In this document: positions 11,250-22,239 of the stretch, piece by piece
Layout of the letters: each line of letters begins with the position of its first letter
Position numbering within the stretch: position 1 is the first letter of the stretch
Assembly (NCBI RefSeq): GCF_004010195.1
Contig: NC_057718.1
Coordinates: 81,792,028 to 81,828,214, forward strand
Direction: 5' to 3'
Source of the DNA: Chiloscyllium plagiosum
Taxonomy: Eukaryota
DNA: 36,187 bases
The notes under the pieces: generated by a model
Told to the model about the DNA's origin: nothing
Database searches by the model: none
Seen by the model: only the letters and a program-made list of their open reading frames with translations
Translations under genes and position numbers: made by a program

Positions 11250-13247
11250 ATAGGGAAAACACCCAAGAGGCCAGTGACAAACACTGCCCTTCACATCAAA
11301 TGGCAGTGCTGTGTGATCAAAACAGTGAAGGGGAGGGTAGGGACTAAATCAAAATAGAATTGGAGGGAGAAATGATGCACTCCACTCCCTGCGGCGCCCA
11401 CCTCTCCCTGAACAACTCCAGGGTGTTGGTGGACACCGCGTGCTCCTTCTCCAAGGACACCCGGGCTCTAACGTAACCGCGGAAGAGGGGCAGGCAGTCG
11501 GCCCTAACGACCCTCTCCACGGCCCGCTGCCTGGACCTGTTGATGGCCAGTTTGGCCAGGCCCAGGAGCAGACCCACAAGGAGGTCTTCAGACCTGCCCT
11601 CCCTCCTCCATACTGGGTGCCCGAAGATCAGGAGCCTGGGACTGAAGTGCAACCAAAAGCACTTTGAGAAAATCAAAAAGGGAGTGCAAACGCCCACACG
11701 CAATATACACATGGTCCACGGACTCCACAGCGCCACAGAACAAGCAGTTAGGCTGGGACACCGTGAACCACCGCAACCTGCGGTTGCAGGGGACTGCTGC
11801 GTGCAGCACCCTCCACCCCAGATCCCCGAGAGAAAGGGGGAGGACTCCTGCGTAGAGAGCCCTCCACTGGGGATCCCCACCGCCCGGTGGCAAATGGGCA
11901 CGTCAAGGCGTGTCCGGACAGTGGATGAGGGAGAAGAGGTGGACGGTGTGCAGCAGCAGTCTATACAGAGCCCGCCTTTTTTTACATCCTTGAAAGGGAC
12001 AAAATTAAAATTTCGGAGGCGGCTCAGGTTGTGGGGCACATGCTCCGCAGGAAGTACGGGACCTTGGGGCCAATGTGAAATTCCGTCCAGGCTGGGGTGA
12101 GCGTGGACAGGATCCCACCGCACACCTGAGCGTCCTCCAACTGGTGCACTAAGTCAGGTCCGAGCACCACCGTTTTAAGGCATCGGATGGCGGTGGCCAC
12201 GTACCGGACGTCTACCGCTGCCCTGCTCGCTATGTCCTGCTGCAGCGTCCAGCCCAGGCCCCCGGCACCCAGCACGTCCTCGACCCTGGTCACCCTCGCC
12301 GCCACGGACCTCCCCTCCGACAGCCACTCGATTCCTGAGCAATGGCTCCCTGACGACAGCCGCTACTCCAGCCGGAGGGTAGGCATGGCGCGATTTGACC
12401 ATGTTCAAGACAGTGATCAGGTCCTGGTAAAAGACAGGCAAAGTCTTGAGGGCGACCTCCAAACTGTCACGGTCGACGAACAGGATCTGCGTGTCGTAGT
12501 TGAGGTTTCGCACCTGGTGGAAAAAAAATACGTCGCCAGGGCGCACCACCTAGGAGGCGGCTTGACGTAAAGATATTGCTGCAAGGTCCGAAGGCGGAAT
12601 GTCGTGACCTGGGTGTGGATGCACACCAGCGACTGACCGCCCTCCTCAATAGGGAGACTCAGAACCTGCGCAGCGACCCAGTGCATCTTTTTGTCCCAGA
12701 AGAAGTCGACCAACGTTCTCTGGATGTCAGCGACAAAGCCAGGAGTAGGGACCTAAGTGACCAGCCGGTACCACAGCATGGCGGCCACCAGCTGGTTTAT
12801 GACCAGCACTCTACTCCTGTACGATAGCACTCGGAGCAGTCCTGTCCAGCGGCCTAGGCGAGCCGAGACTTTGGCCTCCAGCTCCTGCCAGTTGGCCGGC
12901 CAGGATTCCTCAGCCGGGCTGAGGTAGACCCCCAGGTAGAGGAGATGGTGGTACTCCAGCTAAACCTCCGTAACTCCGGCAGAGAGTCCACCTGCCACGG
13001 ACCGATCCGTAGTCTGGAACATTTGGCCCAGTTGATCCTGGCGGAAGACGCTACCAAGTACACGGCCTGGCACTCACGCATCCTCCCCAGGTCAGCCGGG
13101 TCGGTGAAAGTGAGGAGCATGTCGTCAGCGTAGGCAGAGAGGACCACCACTGTGCCCGCGCCACGCAGAACCAGCTCAGACAACCACCTCCGCAAGAGGC
13201 GCAGGAAAGGTTCCACGCACAGGGAATACAGCTGGCCGGACAGGGGG
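11250..13247 (-). mobile_element. Tx1 copy 3: 5'-truncated ORF2 (RT C-terminal half, zinc-binding domain) with partial 3' UTR
   Basis: PLSGQLYSLCVEP, LSAYADD, INWAKC, VDFFW, LPIEEGG, CLFCGAVESVDHVYIAC; stop at 11344-11346; frameshifted. Confidence 0.9.
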
Positions 13248-13291
13248 ACTGCTATTTATTTTTTTTTTATCAAAACAGTGAAGGGGAGGGT

Positions 13292-13664
13292 ATTTTGTTT
13301 TTAAATATATTAACCCCCACACTACCACCTAACTGTGGTAGTGCTTATTTTTTCCCAGCACCCATGGTGTGTGTGTGTAGGTGTGAGACAGTGAGAGACA
13401 CAAGGTGTACGAATCTTTATTCAATTTCCACCACCAGGAAGAAAGGAAAACACCCGAGTGGCCAGTGACAAGCAGTGCCCTTCACAAAAGGCAGTGCTGT
13501 GTGATCAAACAGTGAAGGGGAGGGTAGGGATTAAATCAAAATAGAGTTGGAGGGGGAAATAATACACTCCACTCCCTGCAGCGCCCACCTCTCCCTGAAC
13601 AACTCCAGGGTGTTGGTGGAGACCGCGTACTCCTTCTCCAAGGACACCCGGGCCCTAGTGTAAT
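13292..13664 (-). mobile_element. Tx1 copy 4: short 5'-truncated 3' end
   Basis: Complete 3' UTR plus the last ~40 ORF2 codons (VSLEKEYAVSTNTLELFRERWALQGVECIISPSNSILI*). Confidence 0.85.
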
Positions 13665-13714
13665 CTCACTCTCTCGCTCTCTCCCTATCCACATTCATTT
13701 TTCTCTCCCTGATC

Positions 13715-13830
13715 CCCGTTATCAGCATACTTATCACTTTTTCCCCAGCTGCTATAGTTCTGAAGAAGGGTCATTGTTAACTCAGTTTTCTCTGCACAGA
13801 TGCTGCTGTGTTTCTCCAGCAATTCCTGTT
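13715..13830 (+). mobile_element. Penelope-like pLTR remnant
   Basis: ttctgaagaagggtca...ttaactcagttttctctgcacagatgctgc...tttctccagcaatt resembles the arms at 19126 and 30663. Confidence 0.5.
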
Positions 13831-13849
13831 GGTGTGGGAAAAGGACCTA

Positions 13850-14270
13850 TGGGCAACAGTCTATATAACCCAGGAGATGTTGTGAGGCAACATAATTCAG
13901 AACGGTGATTACTATGACAGCCACTGGCAATACATGGCCATCTGGTCCTCCTGGGAGGTGTTCTGTTTCCTGGAAACTTTGGATCAGCAATAACCTGCAA
14001 CCTACGTTTCCCACAAGGCACTATTTCTCTGTCATGCCTAGGTTTTTATTCACTGCCTGTAGACTCTGTGCTGAGAGTCCTGGCCCCATGGAGCCACACC
14101 TCTGTATCCACCCCCTCAGTCCTGTTATGTGGCATGTAGCTGAAGAGAAAACAGCTGCTGATTGTGTTGTTGCTGCTTCTACTGCTGCTCTTGCTGATGC
14201 AGCAGCTCCTATTGCTCCTTGTCAGAGATCCAAGACACTGCTGCATGAGTTTCCCTCATGATACAGTAAA
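13850..14270 (-). mobile_element. PIF/Harbinger transposase (HARBI1-like) N-terminal relic
   Basis: Reverse strand gives YRQ*..GMTEK*CL and HVLPVAVIVITVLNYVAS (13883-13936), resembling Harbinger-type transposase N-termini, preceded by a Gln-rich tract. Confidence 0.55.
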
Positions 14271-16899
14271 GCCTGACCAGAGGGAAGTTGAGATGGAGGC
14301 AATGCAACTCTGACACAGTTGTAAGCACCTAAAAAAATTGAAATTGACTCTCAACGTTATGAGGTCAGGATCTTGGAACTAATCCTGCAGCATAAACCCT
14401 TCAACTGAGGCTCGTCACAATCTTCATGATTTCACTTTTTAAACTCTTGGCAGTGCTCGAGTTGACTGAGCAGTCACTCCTTATTAAGCTGTCATTTTGT
14501 TGACCCTGGAGACATGTAGAGAGCTTCAGAAATCGGCTTGCTTGCCAATAAAGCTAGAATGTTCCTTTAAATTTACACACATTAACGTCTATACCAATCT
14601 AATAAAATCCTGAATCCAAAGCAATATCAAAGTATCGGGGGTGGAATTCCAATGTAAAAAAATCTTTAAGTGTCTAGCAGGCTTGTAAGTGAGCAAGAAC
14701 CTATATTCTGTTATCAGTTTTTAAAATGTCGATCATTCTTAGATCAATGGACCATCTGCTGATTGACACTTTTAGCATTTGAAATACAGCCAAGCATTGT
14801 CATAGCAAACATTTACAGCTACCTGACTGACACTTAAAGAACAGAATGGTGTCCCATTTCCATTTCAAAGTGAGAAGCTTGTCAATCAGTGGAAGGGAGC
14901 ATGTGCAGAGACTTTTTTGAAACTTTCAAGCTTCAAACTGTTTTGACAACCAGTTTAAGTCATAGAATAAAACACAACTGCAGAGGCTGACAGGTAATTT
15001 CTTTTACACTTTTAACGCATGATAGCATTTTTGACAATTGAAATTCGTGGTAATGATTATATAATGCCAGTTAACTTTTCTTTGCAAGTAAACAGTGAAT
15101 CAACACATTAAGAATAACACATTCAGTCATCAGTGCAAGATTCTGTGTCATGACAATTTACACTTACCTTTCAGAATGTTGCTAACTCTTCAGCAGGTAA
15201 TCCCCTTAATGGTAATACACACAAAGTATGTTTTAGTTTAGAACTTTCAAACCCACACCAGTAAACAAAAAATGTGTTTTATACTTGAGGCTTTCCCAAC
15301 CCACCAAGAAATCACATGAAAATGGCTCAACCAATATCACTGAGCAGTCAATAATCTGGTCAATCAATTGTTGCTTAAAGGGCCTCATTTTGCTTAAATC
15401 AATTTCCATACTAGTAAACGCCCAGTGATGATGATCAAGAATGTTTGGAAGTAGCTATATAAATAGTGTTCTTTCTTTGTTTAACCTAGTCTTTAATTTA
15501 ACTAGGTAGACATAGCCCTTGTGTTCTAGTTGAATCTATTAGGTTTACTGGTTGATAAGAGCAGTTGGACTCCTTTTTGGCTGATGTCGAGATTTCACAT
15601 ATGACATATCTGGGTATGAATTCTCTCAGTTTGAACAAATACTATTAGGCTTCTTTAACAAACAGATCCCGTACTAAGGGTCTCAAGACTGTCACATTCA
15701 AAAGAAATAGTATTGGCTGTCCTGTCTTTCAGAAACAAAGTGAAATTTGCTGACAGACTGAACAAATGCCTTTGTATTGAATTTTAATTTAAAACATAAA
15801 TCACAGCATAGAAAACAATGGCAAAATGCACTAACATAAAATATTACTATAACAGGCACCAACAAAAATAAATCTGGACTACAAATAGCAATTCATTGTT
15901 CAATCAATAACTCTTTACACACCTCTTAAATTCTGAAGTCAGTCTTTAAGTAGAGACCCTCCACAGAGGTCAAGGATGGTCTTAGATATAGAGAAATATT
16001 TTGATTTGTCAGTGATTCCAGAAGTATAAATACAGGGCTGTCACAAACAACTCCAAATAGGGAATTCAGCAGAAATGTATTTACTCAAAATATGGAATTA
16101 ATTGCCAAAAGGATACTTGAGGCAAGAAAAGTACTGATGCATTTAAGGGGAAGCTATAAAAACACAGTAGGGACAGAGGAGAGAAAGATATGCTGATAAG
16201 ATTAGACAAAAAAGGTGTATTCTAGTACAGAAAGTCAGTGAACAATAGAACTAGTGCTAATTTTTATACATATACTGATTTACAGAACCACACAATACAT
16301 TTATCCTCTAACCCAACCTGAGTTTTAAACTGTATCTATATGATTTCAACTGTAGTCCCACTGAATTACGACCATCTACATATAAATAAACTCAATTAAT
16401 ATATGATTAACAAAGTGGAGAGAGAGGATTACATAAATTATAGACACTGGCTGAATCCTATAGGGTCAAATAGCTTATTTATCTGTTGTGACTTTGATTT
16501 GTTGAGGGAAGGAACTCCCTTGTGCTCATAGCTTGAACAAAAAAGGATTGTTTCAAAATCTGGTTGCATAATACTCTTAATTTTGGTGCTGCAGATTTTG
16601 TTTCAGTTCCAAAACAATCCCCATGCCACACACGTCGATTTAGATGCCATCTATCATGGGTTGTTAGTACAGGCACAAGGAGCATGTGCCAGTATTTTTA
16701 AAGCTGACCTTGAAGGAGACAGAGATATGTAGAGTTAACATTTTAAATCAGTGACATTACAGCAATTCATTCTGACGAAAGGTCAGGCTTTAGTTCTTGC
16801 ACTGGGAGATGCCAATCAATGGGAGCCAATCATCACTTTCATGCAGAATGCCCAATGTAATTTGATTGCACTCAAGCACTTAACCAGCCAAGTGGACAG

Positions 16900-17320
16900 A
16901 GCCATGGTGAGACCACACCTGAAGTATTGTGTGCAGTTTTGGTCTCTATCGGAGGAAGGAGATTCTGGTAATGGGGGGGAAATAGTAAAAAGATTTTCAG
17001 AACCGATTCCTGGGAAGGCAGGACTAATACCTGAAGAGACACTGGTTTGGTCAGGACTATAGTCACTGGAATTTTGATGAATGAAGGGTAATCTCAGAAA
17101 CTTATCAAATTCCAAGGCAGGGTAGACTCAGAAAGGATGTTACTGATGATGAGGGAGTCCAGAACCAAGGACTTCAGTCTAAGGATATGGGGAAGACCAT
17201 TTAGGACTGAAATGAGGAGAAATTTCTTCACACAGAGTGGTGAGTCTGTTGAATTGGCTCCCACAGAAAACAGTTGAAACCACAATATTGAATGTTTTCA
17301 GGAAGGAGTAAGGTATAGTA
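16900..17320 (+). mobile_element. CR1-like LINE A, upstream part (tail continues at 18955-19071)
   Basis: AMVRPHLKYCVQFWS ... ccatttaggactgaaatgaggagaaatttcttcacacagag, homologous to 32650-33060. Confidence 0.75.
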
Positions 17321-17329
17321 TGTAGGAAA

Positions 17330-17620
17330 GGATGGCATGGTGGCACAGTGGTTAGCACTGCTGCCTCACAGCGCCAGAGACCTGGGTTCAATTCCCGACT
17401 CAGGCGACTGACTGTGTGGAGTTTGCACATTCTATGCGTGGGTTTCCTCCGGGTGCTCCGGTTTCCTCCCACAGTCCAAAGATGTGCAGGTAAGGTGAAT
17501 TGCCCATGCTAAATTGCCCGTAGTGTTAGTTAAAGGGGTAACTGTAGTTGCGCTTTGGTGGGTCGGTGTGGACTTGTTGGGCCGAAGGGCCTGTTTCCAC
17601 ACTAAGTAATCTAATCTAAT
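17330..17620 (+). mobile_element. HE1-type tRNA-derived V-SINE
   Basis: A box tggcacagtgg, B box ggttcaattcc, V-domain tgtgtggagtttgcacattc, tail gggccgaagggcctgtttccacact and (aatct)n. Confidence 0.9.
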
Positions 17621-17659
17621 ATCCCTGAATGTGATTTAACAGGTTAATGCACAAGTTGA

Positions 17660-18955
17660 TATAAGAGATAAGATTTATAATCTAGCAAGCAACAATTTGA
17701 TTTCAGATCGTCAACATGGTTTCATCAAGGGCAGATTGTGTCTCATAAACCTCTGAGTTTTTTTGAGAAGGTAACCAAGTATGTAGATGAGTGTAGGGCA
17801 GTTGATGTGGTATACATTGACTTCAGTAAAGCCTTTGATAAGGTTCCACATGGTAGGCTATTGGAGAAAATGCAGAGGCATGGAATTGATGGTGATTTAG
17901 CAGTTTGGATTAGAAACTGGCTTTCTGAAAGAAGGCAGCAAGTGGTGATTGATGTAAAATATTCAGCCTGGAGTCTGGTTACCAGTGGTGTGGCACAAGG
18001 ATCTGTTTTGGGACTACTGCTGTTTGTCATTTTTATAAAATTACTTAGGTGGATGGATTAGTAAATTTGCAGATGACACTAATGTCGGTGGAGTAGTGGA
18101 CAGTTTGGAAGAATGTCACAAGTTGCAGGGGGACTTGAATAAACTGCAGAATTGGGCTGAGAGGTGGCAAATGGAGTTCAATGCAGCTAAATGTGAGGTG
18201 ATGTACTTTGGGAAGAATAACAGGAAGGCAGAGCACTGGGTCAATGGAAAGATTGTTGGTAGTGTGGATGTGCAGAGGGATCTTGGAGTCCATGTACATG
18301 GATCCCTGCAAGTTGCCACCCAGATAGATAGTGCTGTTAAGAAGGCATACGGTATGTTAGGTTTCATTGGTAGAGGGATGGAGTCCTGGAGCTGCAATAT
18401 CATGCTGCAAAAATACAAAACGCTAGTGCGGCCACACTTGGTATATTGTGTACAGTTCTGGTCACCATATTTTGGGAAGGATGTGGAAGCATTGGAAAAG
18501 GTGCAGAGGAGATTTACCAGGATGTTGCCTAGTCTGGAGGGAAGGTCTTATGAGGAAAGGCTGCGGGATTTGAGGCTGTTTTCATTAGAGAAGAAGGTTG
18601 AGAGGTGACTTGAGACATACAAGATGATCAGAGTTTTAGATAGGGTAGACAGTTTAAGTCTTTTTCCTAGGATGATGACATCAGTTGTACGAGGGGGCAT
18701 AACTACAAATTGAGGGGTGATAGATTTAAGACAGCTGTCAGAGGCAGGTTCTTTACGCAGAGTGGTAAGGGCATGGAATGCCCTACCTGCCAATGTAGTT
18801 AACTCAGCCACATTAGGGAGATTTAAACAATCCTTGCATAAGCACATGGATGATGGGTTAGCGTAGGGGGATGAGCTGAAAATAATTCACAGGTCGGTGT
18901 AACATCAAGGACCGAAAGGCCTGTTCTGCGCTGTATTGTTCCATTTTCTATGTTC
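17660..18955 (+). mobile_element. CR1/HER1-like LINE B, 5'-truncated RT with 3' tail
   Basis: QHGF, YIDFSKAFDKVPH, SGVAQGSVLG, KFADDT, WQMEFN, RDLGV, LVRPHL; tail ...ctgtattgttccattttctatgttcta; frameshifted. Confidence 0.92.
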
Positions 18956-19071
18956 TAAAGGGATCAAAGGTATGGGAGTAAATGTAAACAGGGTGGATGA
19001 TCAGCCATGATCATATTTAATGGTGAAACAGGTTCAAAGGGCTAAATGACCTGCTCCTCTTTTCTATGTTC
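18955..19071 (+). mobile_element. 3' tail of CR1 LINE A
   Basis: aaagggatcaaagg...ggatgatcagccatgatcatatt...ctgctcctcttttctatgttct matches the tail at 33085-33212. Confidence 0.7.
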
Positions 19072-19125
19072 TGTCTCAGGGTTCTCTTTTTCCCTCATCG
19101 ACAGAGAATCCCTCTCCTCTAGGCA

Positions 19126-19275
19126 GAAGTGGATACTGCAGATGCTGGAGATTAGAGTCAAGATTAGAGGAACAGAAAAAAAAAAACGACGTTTCGAGCA
19201 AAAGCCCTTCATCAGGAATCCTCAGATGCTGCCTGACCAGCTGCGCTTTTCCAGCACCACTCTAATCTTGAATCC
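19126..19275. mobile_element. Penelope-like palindromic remnant with hammerhead core
   Basis: Inverted ends tcaagattagag / ctctaatcttga; minus strand CTGATGA-AGGGCTTTTGCTC-GAAACGTC at 19188-19215. Confidence 0.65.
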
Positions 19276-20454
19276 ATCTCCACTGTCCACCTCCTGCAGC
19301 AAGGCTACATATTCTGTGTTGGAATTCCTTGCAGCATAATCTTTGTTCTAAGCAGAACGTTGTTCAACATTCTTCCTCATTCTCTTACTCAGCACTTTCT
19401 TACCCCCATTTTGGCTTAATTGTACCTCGCCCTTAAGAAAACAGTACATTTAGCTTTGGGTTGGACACAGCTCCTATACATGGAACGGTTAATAGATGCT
19501 GAAATATTTAATATTGCTTACATGACATTTGGTGGATTGTGAGAAAGGGAGTTTATTTCAAATTTTTGACCATACCTGGAGTGGTTTCTTTGAAAGAGGT
19601 CATTTGAAGTTTACTGTAGATATTGAAAACATTTTTAACAAGAAAATATATGACTCATGGTAAATGCATGGTTTGCTGTAAAGCCTCCTGGGGCCTTTTT
19701 GAATGGCTAGTTTGGTTGAGGTCCTTGTTTTGTTTGGTTTTATTTGGAGGAAAGCCTGCTAAGAACAAGCTGAGCTGGAGCAAAGCTTACTGAGAACACA
19801 ATGCCCAGTTGATCTCTCAAATTTCTGAAAATGAAATCTTCTTATTGAGTTCAGAGTGAAATCTACTTATTTGCTTGAAAAAAATAATGGAAAAAAATTC
19901 TTAATCTTGCACTTCTTAAGCAAGTTGCAGTGCAAGACTTCAGAGTGCACCATGTGTGATTAGTGACTTGACCGTATGTGCCCGAACATCAGAGCACCAG
20001 ACCATAGAACATCTGATATTTTTGACTTTTCAGGATAACTGATTGGCCAAAGTGAGTTTCTTTCAGAAAGCTAATCACTGTGGAGAAATCTACTTTTTTC
20101 TCTTTTGTTGAAGATAAAATGAGTGTGTGTATTAGTATGCATGTATTTATCTCCTGGGGATGTTCATGGGAGTATGCATTGCACTAACTTCTATACATAC
20201 ACATGTATAAAAGACGTATAAAATGTTGACTACATATGTTAATCAACTATTGCATTGTTATTGAATAAGTTTTGGTTTGGTAATAAACCCACAATGGTGG
20301 GTGTCAAGAAGCTTTATTGATAGATCTTGTCGAAAGCCTGATATAGATAAGGTATTTAACTGGTCATCTTGATAACTGGCAAAATTGATTACAAAATAAT
20401 CTTGCACCATGTCAATTTTCAGGGGCCAACCAATTTTATTCCTAATAGATAAGT

Positions 20455-20940
20455 TTATAAGACAATAAGAAATAGGTGCAGGATTGGGTTATTCAGCCCC
20501 TCAAGCCTGCAACATCATTCAAAAGGATTATGGCTGATCTGATAGTCCTCACATCCACTTTCCTGTCTTCTTGATGCCCCTGCTGATCAAGAATCTCTCT
20601 CTCTCAGCCTTAAATAAACACATGGACTCAGCCCTCAGAGCTTTCTGTGGTAAGGTGTTCCAACGACTTACAACCTTCTGAGAAAAGAAATTGCTCTTTG
20701 TCTTAATCTTAAATTGGCATCCCTTTAGGTTGAGACAATGCCCTCTAATCCTAGACTCTCATGATGAGAAACATCATCAGTATTTATCCTGCCAAGCCCC
20801 TTAAGAATCCCGAATGTTTCAATGAGATGATCTCTCATCTGTCTAAACTCCAGTGAGTAGAGTCTCAAGCTGTTTAGCTTTAAAGATAATCTATACCAGG
20901 GATCATCCTGGTCAACTTTCTCTGAATTGCCTCCAATGAA
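20455..20940 (-). mobile_element. CR1-like LINE 3' fragment
   Basis: Reverse complement resembles CR1 ORF2 C-terminus and tail (ataagaaataggtgcagga...ttcagcccctcaagcctg). Confidence 0.75.
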
Positions 20941-20949
20941 TTAAATTAA

Positions 20950-21190
20950 GATCCAGAGTAACCAAGAAAGATAACCTCCCATTCTTCTTCAGAATAGTCA
21001 CATGGGATCATTTTCCAGTAACCTCAGAGGGAAGAAGGGGCCTCATCAGAAAGACAGTACCTATAATAATGTAGCACTCCCCCCAGTACTGTGCTGGAGT
21101 GTTGGATTTGTGCACAAATCATGAACTGTGTCTTGAATCTGAAACTCTGTGGCTGCTGGAAAAGTGTTATCAAATCAGTAGATTGATAGC
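20950..21190 (+). mobile_element. DeuSINE 3' relic
   Basis: cttcagaatagtcacatgggatc...ctcatcagaaagacagtacc...gtagcactcccccagtactg, similar to 310-450. Confidence 0.6.
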
Positions 21191-21824
21191 AAGGTGGTTT
21201 AGTACAAGTCACGCAGGTTACTTCAAGGGACAGGAGACAGCATCTCTGCTCAACTGATTTCCTATAGATACAGACATGACATTTTTCACTGACTAATATT
21301 AACTTGCCAATTCCCTCATGCTTTGTTTTGTAGTTCTGGAGCAGCAAAATCCATGGGAAGTGCAAAGTAATAGTGAATTTAATCAAATGGAAATGACAAT
21401 TCTGGGGAGCTTGAAAAGGCAAGATTGCTGCAGGGGATTCAAACATTTCTGGCAAGTGGAAGGAAATGAGATTTCTTTTAGGAGATTTAGAACAGAGGAG
21501 TTAAAAACTGCACAGGTACAAGCTGGCTTTCATAAACCCAATAAGGTTATCCAGGATGGCTGTTAACACATTTTATAGCAGGCCACAATGAAAGTCTTAT
21601 ACAGGCAAAGCCAAGGCAAATAAGGGCAAGGTCAGCAACTTTCTGGTGTTAATACTAAACTGACACTGTAGGTCAGCCCCCTGATATAGAAACCACCCAA
21701 TCTCCATACAGTATTAAGAACAGCAGTCCATCCACAATGCCAGTTGAATCATTTTACACCATGTAGCGAGCAATAGATAAAATCAGAATGGCTTTCACTT
21801 GGTACTACTTTTCACAACTTCAGG

Positions 21825-22200
21825 CTATCAAAAGCAATTTAAAAAGGTAAATATAGTGCTTTTGGAGTGTAGTCACTGATGTAATGTAGGAAACATGGCA
21901 ATCAACTTCTGTACAACAAACTCCCACAAACGGTAAATCAAATGTGACCAGATATTCCACAAGTGTGCAGATTAGATTAATTGGCCATGCTAAATTGCCC
22001 ATAGTGTGCAGGGAAGTATAGATCAGGTGCATTAGTCAGGGGTAAATGGAAAGTAATAGGGTAGCAGAATGGGTCAGGCTGGGTTACTGAGGGGTTGGTG
22101 TGGACTGGTTAGGCCAAACGGTCTGTTTCCATGCTGTAGTGATTCTATGATCAATCGGTTTTTTATTTTAGTGATGTTGGTTGGAACACAAATGTTGGAA
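21825..22200 (+). mobile_element. DeuSINE relic interrupted by an HE1 3' fragment (about 21961-22151)
   Basis: gtgtagtcactgatgtaatgtaggaaacatggc...ctcccacaaac...gaccagata [ggccatgctaaattgccc...ctgtttccatgctgtagtgattctatgat] ...ttttagtgatgttggttg. Confidence 0.65.
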
Positions 22201-22239
22201 AGGAACACCTCTCCAGTTCTTCACAATAAGACCACCTGT

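Noticed and set aside
10270..11280. 336-aa ORF as a novel gene
   Set aside because: It begins at a non-ATG codon and is mostly translated GC-rich repeat; only the last ~75 codons are Tx1 ORF1.
7255..12570. Plus-strand ORFs of 100-205 aa (e.g. 8313-8930, 11540-12100)
   Set aside because: Antisense shadows of GC-rich Tx1 coding sequence with no independent motifs.
17330..17400. tRNA gene (also 23380-23443, 35420-35484)
   Set aside because: The A/B boxes are SINE heads that continue into SINE bodies and tails.
21318..21566. Plus-strand coding exon after ttttgtag
   Set aside because: The peptide is unrecognised, the donor is weak and no partner exons are supported.
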